DNA of 64,000 bases. Origin: Pecten maximus. Lineage: Eukaryota. Every line of letters begins with the position of its first letter. The stretch's first letter is position 1. Below are positions 40,631-53,539 of the stretch, in pieces. The notes under the pieces are model-generated. The model saw nothing but the letters and a program-made list of their open reading frames with translations. It was not told the DNA's origin and searched no databases. The DNA lies in contig NC_047015.1 in the NCBI RefSeq assembly GCF_902652985.1, positions 16,678,001-16,742,000 of the forward strand, in the 5' to 3' direction. Position numbers and translations under genes: made by a program.

Positions 40631-40987
40631 AGATCCCTAGACAAGATTTAAATAATGAACCAATGGGCAATGTCTGCAAAAATATTCTACCTTGTGTAAT
40701 CAAAATGCCACAGGAAAACACAACTTATCCAATATATACAGAGTCTACCAAGTTTCAAAGATATTGATAAAAATATAAGATATCTCCTGACAAAAATAAA
40801 CTGAAATATAAACAAAGATAAATAACTTTGCAAACAAAAGTTTTACACTGGATAAGCAGACGATACACCATACAAAAATCAAATTATTCCCATCAAATTT
40901 TGATGGGCATATAAAGATGTTAGATGTTTCAAAAAGATCAATAGTGTCATCACTGGTAAATGTTGGGCACAACACCGCAAATGGGTA

Positions 40988-41132
40988 TGTAATAGGAAGG
41001 AGTGATGAAAAATACCTTGCCGTGCTAGGCTTTGAACTAGCAACCTTTCGCTCTCAAGGCAAACATCCTACCACTAGGCTAAAGGGAAATTCACCCTAGT
41101 TTGAGCTAGTAAGGTTACTCTCTACTTTTACA
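40988..41132 (-). mobile_element. Solo LTR of a tRNA-containing TRIM (Helenus-like), 145 bp, GGTA target-site duplication
   Basis: TG...CA termini with GGTA at 40984-40987 and 41133-41136. Minus strand CCTTACTAGCTCAAACTAGGGTGAATTTCCCTTTAGC matches the 63550 LTR and is followed by A-box and B-box-like motifs. Confidence 0.8.
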
Positions 41133-41368
41133 GGTAATAGTCCTGCATTAAAGAAATATTTACTACTTTTAGTAAAAATTAGTTACTCAAATGCAGAATA
41201 ATTTTAAACAGTGACACATAAATTTCTCTTATACATTTATTTGTAACAAAAAAGGGTGTCATACTTTTAACATGGTCCCATAATTAACCAAAGCAACATA
41301 ATGGTCAATTTTTTTACACAAAGGGAATAATTCCATTGTCTGTTTTTTTTAAAAGTCATATATATCAA

Positions 41369-41547
41369 CAGGGGTAGGCGCGGACCTAAGTCACAAAAAT
41401 ATTTGTCCCCACAAAAAATTAGCCTCCCCTGAGTATGACCCATCCCGCGCCTATATTGTAAAGGATATGCAGGATGGGTCATACTCGGGGAGGCTAATTT
41501 TTCATTAGACAATTTTTTTTGTGACAAAGGTCCTCACCTACCCACTG
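41369..41547. mobile_element. Fold-back MITE (near-complete palindrome of about 180 bp)
   Basis: Arms GGGTAGG..GGACCT..GTCACAAAAA..AAAATTAGCCTCCCC-GAGTATGACCCATCC are mirrored on the right side. Confidence 0.8.
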
Positions 41548-41806
41548 TGCACAAGCTAGGCATGTCCGTCTAATATTAAAAAATAGCCAGATATACCTAC
41601 ACATATATATAAAGACAAGGGAAGCATTGACCGATCACCATTGAAATTCTTACCTATTTTTTTCTGTATAAAATCTCTTTATATATATGTAATGGGAGCG
41701 CATCAGTAATCAAATTTATAAATCACTGCCTCCACTAGGGATCCAACCCAGGAGTTCTCGAGCCCTCAGGTCCTATCACATTAGATACCTTGTTGCCCTT
41801 TTCTCC

Positions 41807-42290
41807 TTCATTAACAGAGACGATACCAAAGAAGATGTTTTTGTCCATCAGACTGCCATCACGAAGAACAACCCTTACAAATATACCTCTAAAGTGTCAG
41901 TGATGGAGAGAAAGTAGAGTTTGATGTCGTAGAAGGAAAAAAGGGTAATGAGGCATCTAGTGTGACAGGACCCGAGGGCAACCCTGTCCAGGACAGCAAG
42001 CTTTAAGTATGCCGCTGATCGCCGTTGTTACCGAGGCTACTACAGGACCTGGAGGCTGACGTCTCCCACCTTACTGCAATGGGAAAGCGGGAGAGGTCCG
42101 AGAAGATACTGAAGGAGAAGAGAGACAGAGGCATCCTTCAGGACCTCCTCGACGCAGGCCATATCATGGAGAACACTATGGTGGTTACCGTGGTTATTTC
42201 TGTGGGGGCAATTTCTGCCGTGGCCTAATGAGACCTCCCCCAAGGTACCAAAACCACGGAGGACAGATGATGGAAGAAGATCATGGATAG
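41807..42290 (+). pseudogene. Processed pseudogene fragment of a Y-box (cold-shock domain) protein
   Basis: Intronless. Translates [26 protein letters not shown] / [33 protein letters not shown] / YAADRR followed by R/G/Y-rich sequence, with frameshifts and a 5' truncation. Confidence 0.9.
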
Positions 42291-43174
42291 TACATGGGCG
42301 CCAATGTAATAGAGTGAATAATTAATAGAATCTATCAATAACTTATTTGACAGATTTTCATGGCAGCGCGGCCTACTTTTGTCCATTTGTCCTAATTCAG
42401 GCTTTTTGTGTTGCAGGTTTTTTTTTTGTTGTATATGTCTCCGGTCTAATAAAATAAAATGACGCGAACCAGCAGGACGTCTGAACGTTTCATTAAAGAT
42501 AATGTCCTGTGACATATAGGAATTTCTGGCAATTTTGTTTTAATAAAATACTAGACATGCCCTGTGCCCTGTGAATATTTCATCTCCATCAAATATAATG
42601 TGGTTAAATATAGAACACAAGTAAATTCTCCCATGACATTTGCACTTAATGGTTCCTAATGCCTAATGGTACACTTTAATCAATGGAGAACAAAGTCAGT
42701 TATATGATTTGTCATTTTAGCACAAAGTAAGTTCATCTGAACAGATTGATCTAAAATCAAATTTCCCGCCACCAATAATTCTGTGGAAATGTAGTGCCTA
42801 GTATGATTGAACGAAATCGTGGCATGGAAATTGGAATAAAAGAGCACTGGCTTAATACTTTTTAGCTTTAACCAAAATTCAAAATCAACCTGAATATATT
42901 TACCATCACCATTAGGCGACTGGTCGTTACATCCTTTAGGGATTCATGAATGCCCAACAACACCTCCGGAAGTACAGTCGCACGAAAAAAAATACATATA
43001 TCGGTATCATCAACCTCCTTGAATAATGCGAAATGATCAATTGATTTACTTTATTCGCAAATTTTGTATATTGATTGTGCAATAAACGTGTTTTGCATAG
43101 CAGTAATGCTAAATTAACTCAATAGGTTAACTAGCGTATTAATATATCACTCTCTCATTCGAACTACTTTCAAG

Positions 43175-46100
43175 ATGTCAGCCTCCATGACAAAATGCTG
43201 TCAAAGGATGGTTCCAAATTTATTATCATCTTTCAATGGTTTGTTGTTTCTTTTGGGTGTATATAGCCTTGAAAATCCAATGCATATATTTGAAGTTCAA
43301 CTTGGATACTGATCGCTTTTCTTACAGATCGTACGCTTTTTGAATCCCAGTTTATTTCTCTACATAAATGATATCCCTGTGGGTCTTCATGCTACTATAT
43401 CAGTATATGCAGATGGCACCATTACATACTTGGTTGTCAAGACAAAGAGTGTTGCATAGTGACGCTTAAGAAAAATCTTGACAAATTTTCACTTTGGAAG
43501 CAAAAATTGAAGATGGCTTTCCATTCAAGTAAATGCAGTTATCTGCTGATACTAAAACCAAAACCCCCACAGTCAACAACTCAATTACATGGGCATATAT
43601 TAAAGCATGTTGATCGGGCAAAGTATTTAGGTGTTGCCATCCAATCTGACCTAAACTCTTGGCTTTCCGAGATGAAATCTAAAAATGACTCAACCAGAGA
43701 TGTGTATATGTGGTATTTACGTCTCTGGCTCAACATCAGTCAAACTCAGGGACATATATATCTTATACGTCCCTGGTCAAACTGCAGACATACAAATCAA
43801 TAGTACGACCATCATTGGAGTATGGGAACCACACACCCAATCCAACATACACAAAATAGCAATGGTCCAATGCAGGGCTGCACGCTACATCCTAAACAAA
43901 CATCGGTACATGTACAATCACAGCACATCCAGTGTGTCTGAAATGCTGGACTACCTGAAATTGTACCTCCTAGCAGACAGATGAAGAGATGCTTGTCCAA
44001 CCATGTTGTATAACATCGTCAACAACACAGTTGCTATAATGAAATCTGATGGGCTAACTCCGGAATCCCCTCACTAGGTATTCCAGGCATAGGCACCAGC
44101 TTTCATTTAAAATACACCATTTCGAAACCCTAGCTAGAAAAACTTTCCAAAAACTGCATATGAGTGGAACAAATTACCACAAGACATTGTCTCCTGTCCC
44201 ACCACAGACACACTTAAATCATTAAACCATCACCAAGTAGAGCCAAATACTTCATCAAGCTTTTATTTGAATATACAGTACCTTCCATTTAATCGGGTAA
44301 TGCTTACATGTAATTGGGTATTTTGTTTATTTGAGTAAAAATTCTAAAACCAAAACCATTTTCTCTTAAATCATGTTAAAAACAATTGTTTTATTGGGTT
44401 GGAAAAGTCGTATTTTTCTGTTATTCGAATAAAACAATTTGTCAAAAAAATGGAAATGCTCCAATTTTCACTAAAGTCATTACTTATATCTGTAAGTTTT
44501 AGACATTTATCAACAAAGAAGGTAACTAAGATGGTTATGTCAAAAAACAGTAAAAATTACCTTAAGCAATAATGTCATGTCAAAATTACCTTAAGTGATA
44601 ATGTCATGTCAGATTTTTAACTAGGTCGTTGTTGTCTTGTGGGTTTCCCTTCCAACAGGAAATCAATTAAGCATTGTGGTAAAATTAAATGTTATTTTTA
44701 GAGCCAGCATTAGGCCAATGAAATGGAGGTTTTAAAAGCATAATTAGCTTCTAGAAAAATGTAAAAAAAATAATTTATCTACCTGTTTTGCCACTCCTCA
44801 TTTTTCCTTCAAATTGTTGAAGTTGGCCAGCAACCTATAGGCATATAGACAAAGACTCCCCTGGGGATTGAACCTGGAACATCTGGCTTACTAGACTTAT
44901 TCTCAACCGATCAAGCTAAATAGGGTTTTATACTCCCCCTCCAGGAAAGAGCTCGTCCTCAAGTTTCCAAGGGTTACAGCGATGCTTGTGGAGCAAGGCT
45001 CAGTATTTTTCCCTTTTTCCTACATTGGCGCCATTGAATGTAATGGACCACATGATTGATAGAATTTAAATTATTGTCCCTTCTAGAGATCAAACCTGGG
45101 ACCTCTGGCTTACTAATTATGTAAAAGGAACTGGTCGGTGTGGCTTGTACAAAGTGTTAAATATGGTCTCTGTCACTCAGCTGAATGAGCATGCTTCTTT
45201 GGCTCAAGAGGCTTATCATGCCAGTGACCCCAGGTTCTATTTTTGTCGGGGCACTTGACATCATAATATTGTGCTCTCACTAATTTAATCTGGTTTCTTC
45301 ATCTTATTTTCACTTTCAGGTTTACCTGTTGTCCAGATAAGGACTGCTAAAAAGATGAGAGGTGGGGCAGGGAGATCCACAATGGATACTGGCAGAGCAA
45401 GAAGGAGGAATAGGGGTATCAGAGTGCAGGATGGTGCATTTGTTCATGGAGGTCAAGTTCTTGTGAAACAGAATGGCCTTCGATTTTATCCAGGAGAAAA
45501 TGTAAGTTTGCCAATGTAGTTTGTCTAGATCTGTTCATCGTCTGACATTTTGAGATAAGATTCAGGCATATTTATCCGGAGGAGTTACAGAGAAGAAATA
45601 GCATTACTGTCATCTGTTTCCTTATAAATGTTGGTCTGTCTATCGTTAAAACATGTTTGCATAATTAAGTGCACGGCATAGATGATAATCAAACTTGGAA
45701 TGCTTGTTCCTATTCGTTATCAGATTCAGAGGTCAATAATGCAAGGTCATATGGCAATTGTTAGATGAGGGCAAGATGATCAGACATGTTAGGTTGGGGG
45801 GAGGGTATACTTGAATCAGCTTGCTGGCTATTGTTCATCCATAGAAAAAATTGTCCAGCAAACTCTTCCTGAACTTGAGAACCAATTTCAATAAAACTAG
45901 AGATGGGAATGTTAGGGACCATGTGCCAAGTCTCAAGTGACATATTTTAGCCACCTTTTGTCTGTCTTTCGTTGTGCATCCGTAAACAATTCACATTTTC
46001 AAATTCTTCTTCATAACAAAATTAAATGAAATTTGACAGGAAGCTTCCATGGCTAAAGGTCAACCAAAATTTCTGTAAATATTAAGTTTCCAGGCATAAT

Positions 46101-47238
46101 AATTGAATAAACCGACTTATTATTTGTGTTTTAAAAGCACTAGAAAGCTGCGTTTGGTTGTGTTGAAGTTACCAGTGCTGATATTTGTCGGTACTAGATG
46201 GCATGTTTACATGTGCCGATAACTAAATACACCAATAATGACATACTCTTGATTCATTGCCAGTAGATGGATTCAACAAATATGTCTGCAGAGTATCAAC
46301 TATATACAACAACTACAAATATGATAGATATTGCATAAACTGACCTCCTATCCTCGTCCGGTCTGTCCAACTCCGCTTCGCCTGGTACCTATATCCAGAT
46401 TCTTTCCTACACAGTGGTTGTGATCTCTTGATAAAACTATTCATTGCTAATTATGTCTCCCCATCAATTGAAGGGAGCATTAGCATATATATATAAGCTT
46501 TTATTAATTTCTTGTCTGGGCTATATACTTGTTAACTCTAAACCATTGAAGATACCCGATATGTTGATGAAACTTTTTTGAGGATAGGTTCATCACCTAA
46601 ACCTGATGTGTAGTGTACTGCCATTAGGTCTCTAGATCTGTAACCTTGACCTCAATATCAGTTAAATAAATGCTTATTTTTCCCAATAGTTATTTTCTGG
46701 GGGATAACTCTTTAACCTTTTAGGACACCTTTATGAAAATTGCTGTATATCTTGATCACTAACAGAATAAATGCTGTGCCCTGTCAGTGTTATTGGATCA
46801 TTGTGACCTTGATCTCGAGGTCAAATGTCAACTAAGTTAGAGTTTTGTCCAGGCTATAATTTCTCAACCGTTGAAGATATCTTGGCAAAACTTTGACCAA
46901 GTTGCTGCGTGATCTTGACCTACAGGTCAAAAATCAATGGAGTGCAAAAAAAGCAATACATAGTAAAGGGAGGAGGGGAAACATTCATATATTTTGGTTT
47001 TCATAAAACAATCTTTTGAATCTTGGTCACTTTTTATTGACAGGTGGATATTTCGGGCAACTACACCATTTCGGCCATATGTGATGGGAAGGTTATAGTA
47101 TCATGTGAGCGCCTCAACCCAAAGCCAGATAGTCCACTTTTTGCACCTGTACAAAAAGGTGTAGTCATATACAAAAAGTTCTTTAATGTTTATCCAACCC
47201 CACTTCATGGAAAATTCAGACTAGTTGATGAAGTGTGA
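43175..47238 (+). CDS. MRPL27: Mitochondrial ribosomal protein L27 (bL27m), 3 exons, 146 aa
   Basis: Exons 43175-43238, 45320-45501, 47044-47238 (441 nt). Motifs RGIRVQDGAFVHGGQVLVKQNGLRFYPGENV, TISAICDGKV and YKKFFNVYP...GKFRLV. Exon 1 (targeting peptide) is less certain than exons 2-3. Confidence 0.88.
43270..44230 (+). mobile_element. Degenerate non-LTR retrotransposon (LINE) RT 3' fragment in MRPL27 intron 1
   Basis: Remnant peptides LFLYINDIP, YADG(D), W..K.KMAFHSSKC, KYLGVAIQSDL, WEPHT..I.KI.MVQ.RAARY, with many disablements. Confidence 0.75.
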
Positions 47239-48118
47239 TAAAACTGTAAATGTGACCTTCAGTGTGAAAGAAGAAGAAAAAATTAAAGAGTAAACGTGTG
47301 AGCATGAAGTATTGTTGAATTTTAGTAAAAAAGTTTTTATATGAAATGTTGGTCATCATATTGATTTAACAAGTGTGATATTTAAATGTTGTAAATAAAT
47401 TATTTGTAGATATATCAAGTTTTGTTATCTTGTTTTCATTGCTTTGTGGTGAGTTTTTGATAAACAACAGATGCTGGCCAAGCTCATGAGCACTCTGTAC
47501 CATGCAAGCTAAATATAAATCAACACAGCTTAACATATAATGTACTTTACTTGTACACAATATACACAATATACACAATTCTTCATCTATACCCCATACA
47601 TCAACATTCATTAACACAGTTAAAATAATGTACAACAATTTATGATAAAATGAACTATATTCAATCATTGATTTACTTTTACACTATAGATTCAAATTTT
47701 CCCCAGTCCAGGATAAAATATTAAAACAGTTACTTTTTGTCACACAAAAATACATTTTCACACAATCTCTACTGTACAGCCTCTTCTGTAAACTTCTTTC
47801 TGCTACGAGAATGAATAAAATGTTGCCTTCATAACATGTTGAGCCATAGAGGTTCTGATTGGGACATCAGAGCTACAATATCAATTCATTGTACAAAACC
47901 AACAATATATAAAACCGAAAAAAAGTTTACAGAAAATTTACTCTGTCATACAATCTCATATCATCCCTTTGGTACCACAGTGTGACCTCCACTTTGACTT
48001 ATGTTTACTTGCTGTGTTGTTAAGTCAAAGTCCATCAAGGCACAAGGGGTGGTAGCTGACCCTGTATCACTGTGGGACAGCTTGAAAGACATCTGGCAAT
48101 AATCAATTGTCTGCTTCT

Positions 48119-51100
48119 TCAGCTTGAGCCTGTAATTTTTTGCATGGTTCTGGTTCCCCAGTAGCTTGCAAGGTCAAATGGTTCAAAACCTGAAACATTT
48201 TCATAATTATGTAAACAGTCAATATTATTCATCAGCTATCATTATTCCATCATACAGCATGAATTTTATTTAGGGGTAATTTACTTCCTTCTTTAATTAG
48301 CCAGACATCTATAAAATATATAAGAGTATCCCAAATGATACAGAGGAAAATGTTTGGAGTTTCTATGAAACGTGAAACACAAGACGTGGAAAAACTCTAT
48401 CTTACCCTGTAAACTAGGATTATGCATTTTGTCCTTGTAAACAACTGGTCCACCTGGAAAAAAAATTAATTGTTGCAATATACAAATGTGTCGGAATCAA
48501 AGTATTACATAACACTACAAGTGATGGTCAATATTTTTTTAAGAATAATGTATATACAGCCTAGTTTTAGTATGTAATTTTTTCTAAACAACCTTATCAC
48601 GTAATAGATACATAATGGGTACGAGTGATGTATCGGATATATCACACGAGTGTGATATATGCGATACGTCACGAGTACCCATTTTGTATCTGTTTTATCC
48701 AATGACAGTCGAGGTTTTGTCACCCACGTGCCTAGGGGTGGAGCTATAAAATTGATCAGAACCTGTCACTGTGATATGTTTCCCGCCAATTTCTGACACG
48801 TTTTGTTTTCTGTCACAGTAGCCCATTCATTTCTAGTGAGACTGTCAACCATGACGGATCAGGTACTGATCACTGATGTCGATGTGTTCACTGACCTCGA
48901 CGATATAACATTATCACAGGCCGTAGATAAGTATGAGTATGAACTTGAAGATAGTGACACGGTAGCTACTGACATTGGAATAGTTGATACCAAGGAATTA
49001 ACTCAGCCAATTGTTGTAAATGAACTGAATGGTAATGTGAAAAACATGTGAAAGGCTGTAGGATTCGAGGGAAATTACATAAACCATTCCGGAAAGAGGA
49101 CCTGCGCTACTTCCCTTTACCAAGCAGGTAAGTGTAAAATCATATCGTTTGAACAAATTGTGAAATGAAATATTTTTCGTAAATTTCGACGTTCACAATG
49201 TCACAAAATCCTTTCAAAATCCGTGAAATTGTTCATAAAGAAATCAATGAATCGGTTAATCGGTATTTTTATCCACTCGTCTTGTTATCATTTTCATCAC
49301 TATTTTGTTTATGATAGGATTTTTGTGCAACGAAAGTATATTGTTACATTTAGCGTAATCTGTATAACCATTTTTTTTAAATGACTGAAATTTTATATGT
49401 AATCATGTAATGTATGCTTTTTTTACTGACCTGTTAAAATGGATTTTACTTAATAAAATATTAACAGGGTTTTATATTCTGTTTGGTCAGGTTTTGATGA
49501 ACAACTCATTATGGACAGAACGGTACATCGCAGCAGGGCTGTACGTGCATACAAGATGAAGAAAGAAGACGGAAAATTTCTAAACGGCACTCGTATTTCA
49601 TTAAATTTTGTTTGAAATGCATTTCCTGTCTTTGTTCATTTGTCACGCCTACATTTGAAATTGGCCCCGCCTCAAGACCTCAAGACCAATCAGAAATGCC
49701 ATGTGATATTTCAGATATCACATATGTGATATTTGAAATATCACATAGTATGCAATATATCGCCAACAAAAGATCAAAGAAAAACCGAGGCGTCATTGGA
49801 TAATACATAGTTATTGTGTGTACAATTTCATATTGAAAGTAGGGAATGTTTTTTTTCGAAACCACCTGTACATGAGTGACCACATCTACAGAATCTAGTA
49901 AATTAGTAGTTAACCAATTTTAATTGGGATAGTTGACAAAATCTTAGCTTCTACTTTTAATGCAATAAAGTAAGAACTAATGACCACTTTTGAAAATTCA
50001 TAAAATAACATCATTTTTAAACACTTTCTTTTCTTTTTTCTTTTTTGTTTCAGTAAATAATTATCAATTTTACCATCTCTTTGATTGGAATTCCGTGAAG
50101 ACATTTCCATCTCATTTTTCACTTTGGACCATGCTGTAATTACAAAATCAATTAAATTAATTTCTCAAACTTGACAAATTCAAAAACAAATAAAGTAATA
50201 ACCATGTTGATTTGGACAGTACTGATTACAATGGTTAGTGTGCTATGACTTTAACATCTGTAACAAATAATTTTTGGAATACATCATACATGTAGTTGAA
50301 AATGGATGTAAATAAAGCAGCAAAGAGTGTGGGATATCAAATTTAAAATTAAATATGGGAACAACAAACATATGAAACAATTTATCTGCAAAATATGTAA
50401 AACTATCATTTATTATCAAATTATAAAGACAGATCAGTGCTTAATTATAATACCAGAGAGTTATGAAACATCATAAAATGAAATTACATTGCATTACAAA
50501 TCGGACAAGTTCTTCATGTTGAATTTGTGAAGAGGTTTCCAGCTGGGATCCATTTGCATTTTGTGGTCGCTGGAAGTTTCCGCCTCCACGCCTTACAGCA
50601 TGGGGGTTGAAGTATGGTCTCGGTGAACTAAAACGGAAATGAATAATGCAAGTCTATATATATAGTGTAAATGTTTTGAATATAACACTAAATGCATAAA
50701 CTATATGCCTATACCAAGACAAAAAAGAACATTGTAAATTAAATGTAAGACTATTATGCTGATGACCTGACACTAGATAAGTTAAGACACCACAACCTTT
50801 AGCTTATTAACTATATTGTTAGGTCTGGAGAAAAGTACCATAATGGGATCATTGTGAATTTTTCTTTTTTCAATCAATTTTATTGTATGGCCAGTAATTG
50901 TGTTTCAATACTAAGCTCCAGTGTGTCGGATGTGATTGATTAAAGTTAAATCATTTTCATTTTTATCAAAAGGATATGGAATTGAAAAAAAACCCAAGCT
51001 GTCACATATAAGGAATTAGTATAAGGAATCTGAATTTGAGACACCATCACATTGATCTGTAATATCCATTTCTTTTTTTCGTGATGGACTTTCCCAGCCT

Positions 51101-52916
51101 ATTTGAATATTCAATTAATTTCTAATATGCTTTATCTCAAATAGCAATTATATTATGATTAACTGAAAAAAGGAAATGGGCTCCAGTATAAATTTATAGT
51201 AATAGAAAACCTAAATTTTGAGCTGATTTTACATTTTACCCCAGTGGATAAATAATTTTTAATATTTGCATCCCAAAGAAGTTTTGATATTGTATGCATC
51301 AAATCTTTCTGTGTTATATAGATAGATGTTTGGTTTAAACATATTTCATTGCCTTAAATTAAAGTGTGGCAGACCAAAGCTAACAGGAGGAAGTAAAGTG
51401 AAGGGAACAGGAAACAATTCCAGGACAGTCCAGAATTAGAATACATGGGATGAGACTAAGGTGGAGGATGTTAAGAGAGTAAGACTGTAATTATAACTGA
51501 CATTGAAATCAGACAAAGAAGTACTTTTTGACATGTAAGTAGATGCAAAACGTTGCACCTTAATAATATAACTTTTTGGACTTATTAGACAATTGTTTAC
51601 TTCACAATGACACAATACTGTTTAATAGCTATAGTCATCTCATAAAGTAAACATGTGCAAGTAAAATCCAAATTCCAACTTGTTACTTCCAATGGAAACA
51701 GCAAAAGAATTTTCGGACTTTTGACAACAATTGTAAATAAGGACATGTTAGAGTGAATTTCATCTGCTGTTATATCAATATTTCAACTTATATAATTACG
51801 TACAGTATAATCTTGAAACATAATAAGTTGGGCATTCAGTTATGGTGCTTCAGTACAAGTAGTACACTTGTTCCAAGTAAGATTTGAGATATATTAAAAC
51901 CAAACGGTTTGTAATCAATGACGAACCCTTCCACTAATGTTTTGATCTGATATATGTTTTGAAGGATAGTTACAGAAACATTAAAAACAAGATATTTCAA
52001 TATAAAACATTATTTGAATTAAGATAAAATAAAAAAAAAAACCTTAACAAATGATAATAATATACATAAATAATATTTAAATTTCTAATATAATTAGGTT
52101 TATTGATTGTATGTATATTGAACATGTATTTGTATATATTTGGAATAATAAAATAATTTTTGAATTGAATAAAATGGCCCAGTTTATGATTGGGATATAT
52201 TCAGGAACTACAAAATATATCCATATTGATTCTTTTATTCTCCAAGATTATTTAGAGAAAGTTGCATATACTGGAGTTTAAACCTTCTGATAGAGTATAT
52301 ATTTATCTCTTTTTTTTTATCCTTGTCCGAAAGGCGGCACGGGCAGCTTATAATTATATACAGTAGGTCTAGAGAAGAAAGGTATCCTATATGTTTTTTA
52401 GAGTAATTGATAACATATCAACTTCATGTGATTGCTCCTACTTTTTCACGTAAATCGTGTTCAAATATGCCAGGATTTGTATACGAGTCTAGGCCTAGTT
52501 TCATATGAATGTTGTTGAATGATCAGATGACGAAATCGGTAAACACGTGGATAGAAAGGTAAATCCGTAACCTTGCCAAATTCTTTCGAAAAAAATAACA
52601 CAGAAAACAGAATACAAGATGAAATTAATATAGCTCGTATGATCATGTGACACGGGCACTTTCACTTGCAAACAAACCTCATTATAACGCCGTTCGAAGG
52701 TTCTTTCTCGGTGTCCTTAATTTCAAGGTTGTCGAGTTGCGTAGCAGGACCTAAGAGAAAATAAATACATTTAGAAACGAAACAGAACACTTTTTCTTCA
52801 AAATGACACACACATGGGATCACACTGTTACATATAGCGAGAGTATTTTTAAAATGAATCTTACCTCTGCGGGTGCTAGCAACAATTTTTCTGGGTCCTC
52901 TTGACAAAGCGTACAT
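48119..52916 (-). CDS. MCRIP2: MAPK-regulated corepressor interacting protein (MCRIP/FAM195 family), 6 exons, 147 aa
   Basis: Exons 52916-52865, 52750-52678, 50627-50488, 50133-50074, 48453-48406, 48189-48119 (444 nt). Motifs MYALSRGPRKIVA..R.GP, SSPRPYF, HEELVRFVMQSWSKV, PVVY..K..NPSLQGFEPFDL..YWG. Probably a single pro-orthologue of MCRIP1/2. Confidence 0.88.
48600..49810 (+). mobile_element. Internally deleted Crypton-like (tyrosine recombinase) element in an MCRIP intron
   Basis: 49052-49127 encodes KAVGFEGNYINHSGKRTCATSLYQAG. A GT-AG intron follows (49128-49490), then FDEQLIMDRTVHRSRAVRAYK. These are the HxxR, H and Y catalytic-region motifs. Element boundaries are approximate. Confidence 0.7.
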
Positions 52917-53156
52917 CCCGTGGTTACTTCCGTTTCAAATCGATTTATGCGCATCGGTAGTGCGCAACCATGTGCGCTTTGTTGACATTTATTAATAGTA
53001 TATTTTCTAAATTTCAAGATGAATATTTAAAATATGGATTGAGAACATTGATCTACTTACTCAGTTGAAGCAATTTTAATACACAAAGTGACATAATAAG
53101 ACAAAATTGATAATGTCTGCTAATATATATTTTCAATTTCCAGCAGTTGAAGTAAC

Positions 53157-53227
53157 GCGCCGCTGGTGTAGTGGTATCATGCAAGATTCCCATTCTTGCG
53201 ACCCGGGTTCGATTCCCGGGCGGCGCA
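53157..53227 (+). tRNA. tRNA-Gly (anticodon CCC)
   Basis: GCGCCGCTGGTGTAGTGGTATCATGCAAGATTCCCATTCTTGCGACCCGGGTTCGATTCCCGGGCGGCGCA has a perfect acceptor stem, CCC anticodon loop and A/B boxes, followed by an oligo-T Pol III terminator. Confidence 0.97.
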
Positions 53228-53539
53228 CATTTTTTTCAACCTCTAATAATTCAGAAATAAACAAGATACCACTCATCACAAACTGATATTAATGTGCTTT
53301 TCTCTGAACATTAAATCAAAAGAGAGGTCGTTAACCAGAATTAGTTTTTTAATAACCTCATTCATTGAAATTTTTATTTCAGTTCTCTATTTTCATAATT
53401 ATTTATTTAATAAGGAAGAGTTTTGATCAAAAATTTGGTTGGATAATTTTTCATTGTTTGTAAATATCAAACAATTAATGGGATATTGATCTTGCCTCCA
53501 ATCTTGATCGAAATTCTGTTGTGATTTTCACTAATAAAG

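Noticed and set aside
41780-41808. Apparent polypurine tract on the minus strand beside the Y-box retrocopy
   Set aside because: It is explained as an inverted duplicate of Y-box coding sequence (EGEKGN), so it is not counted as PPT evidence.
42025-42243. Overlapping 67-aa ORFs on both strands
   Set aside because: They are off-frame readings of the Y-box pseudogene.
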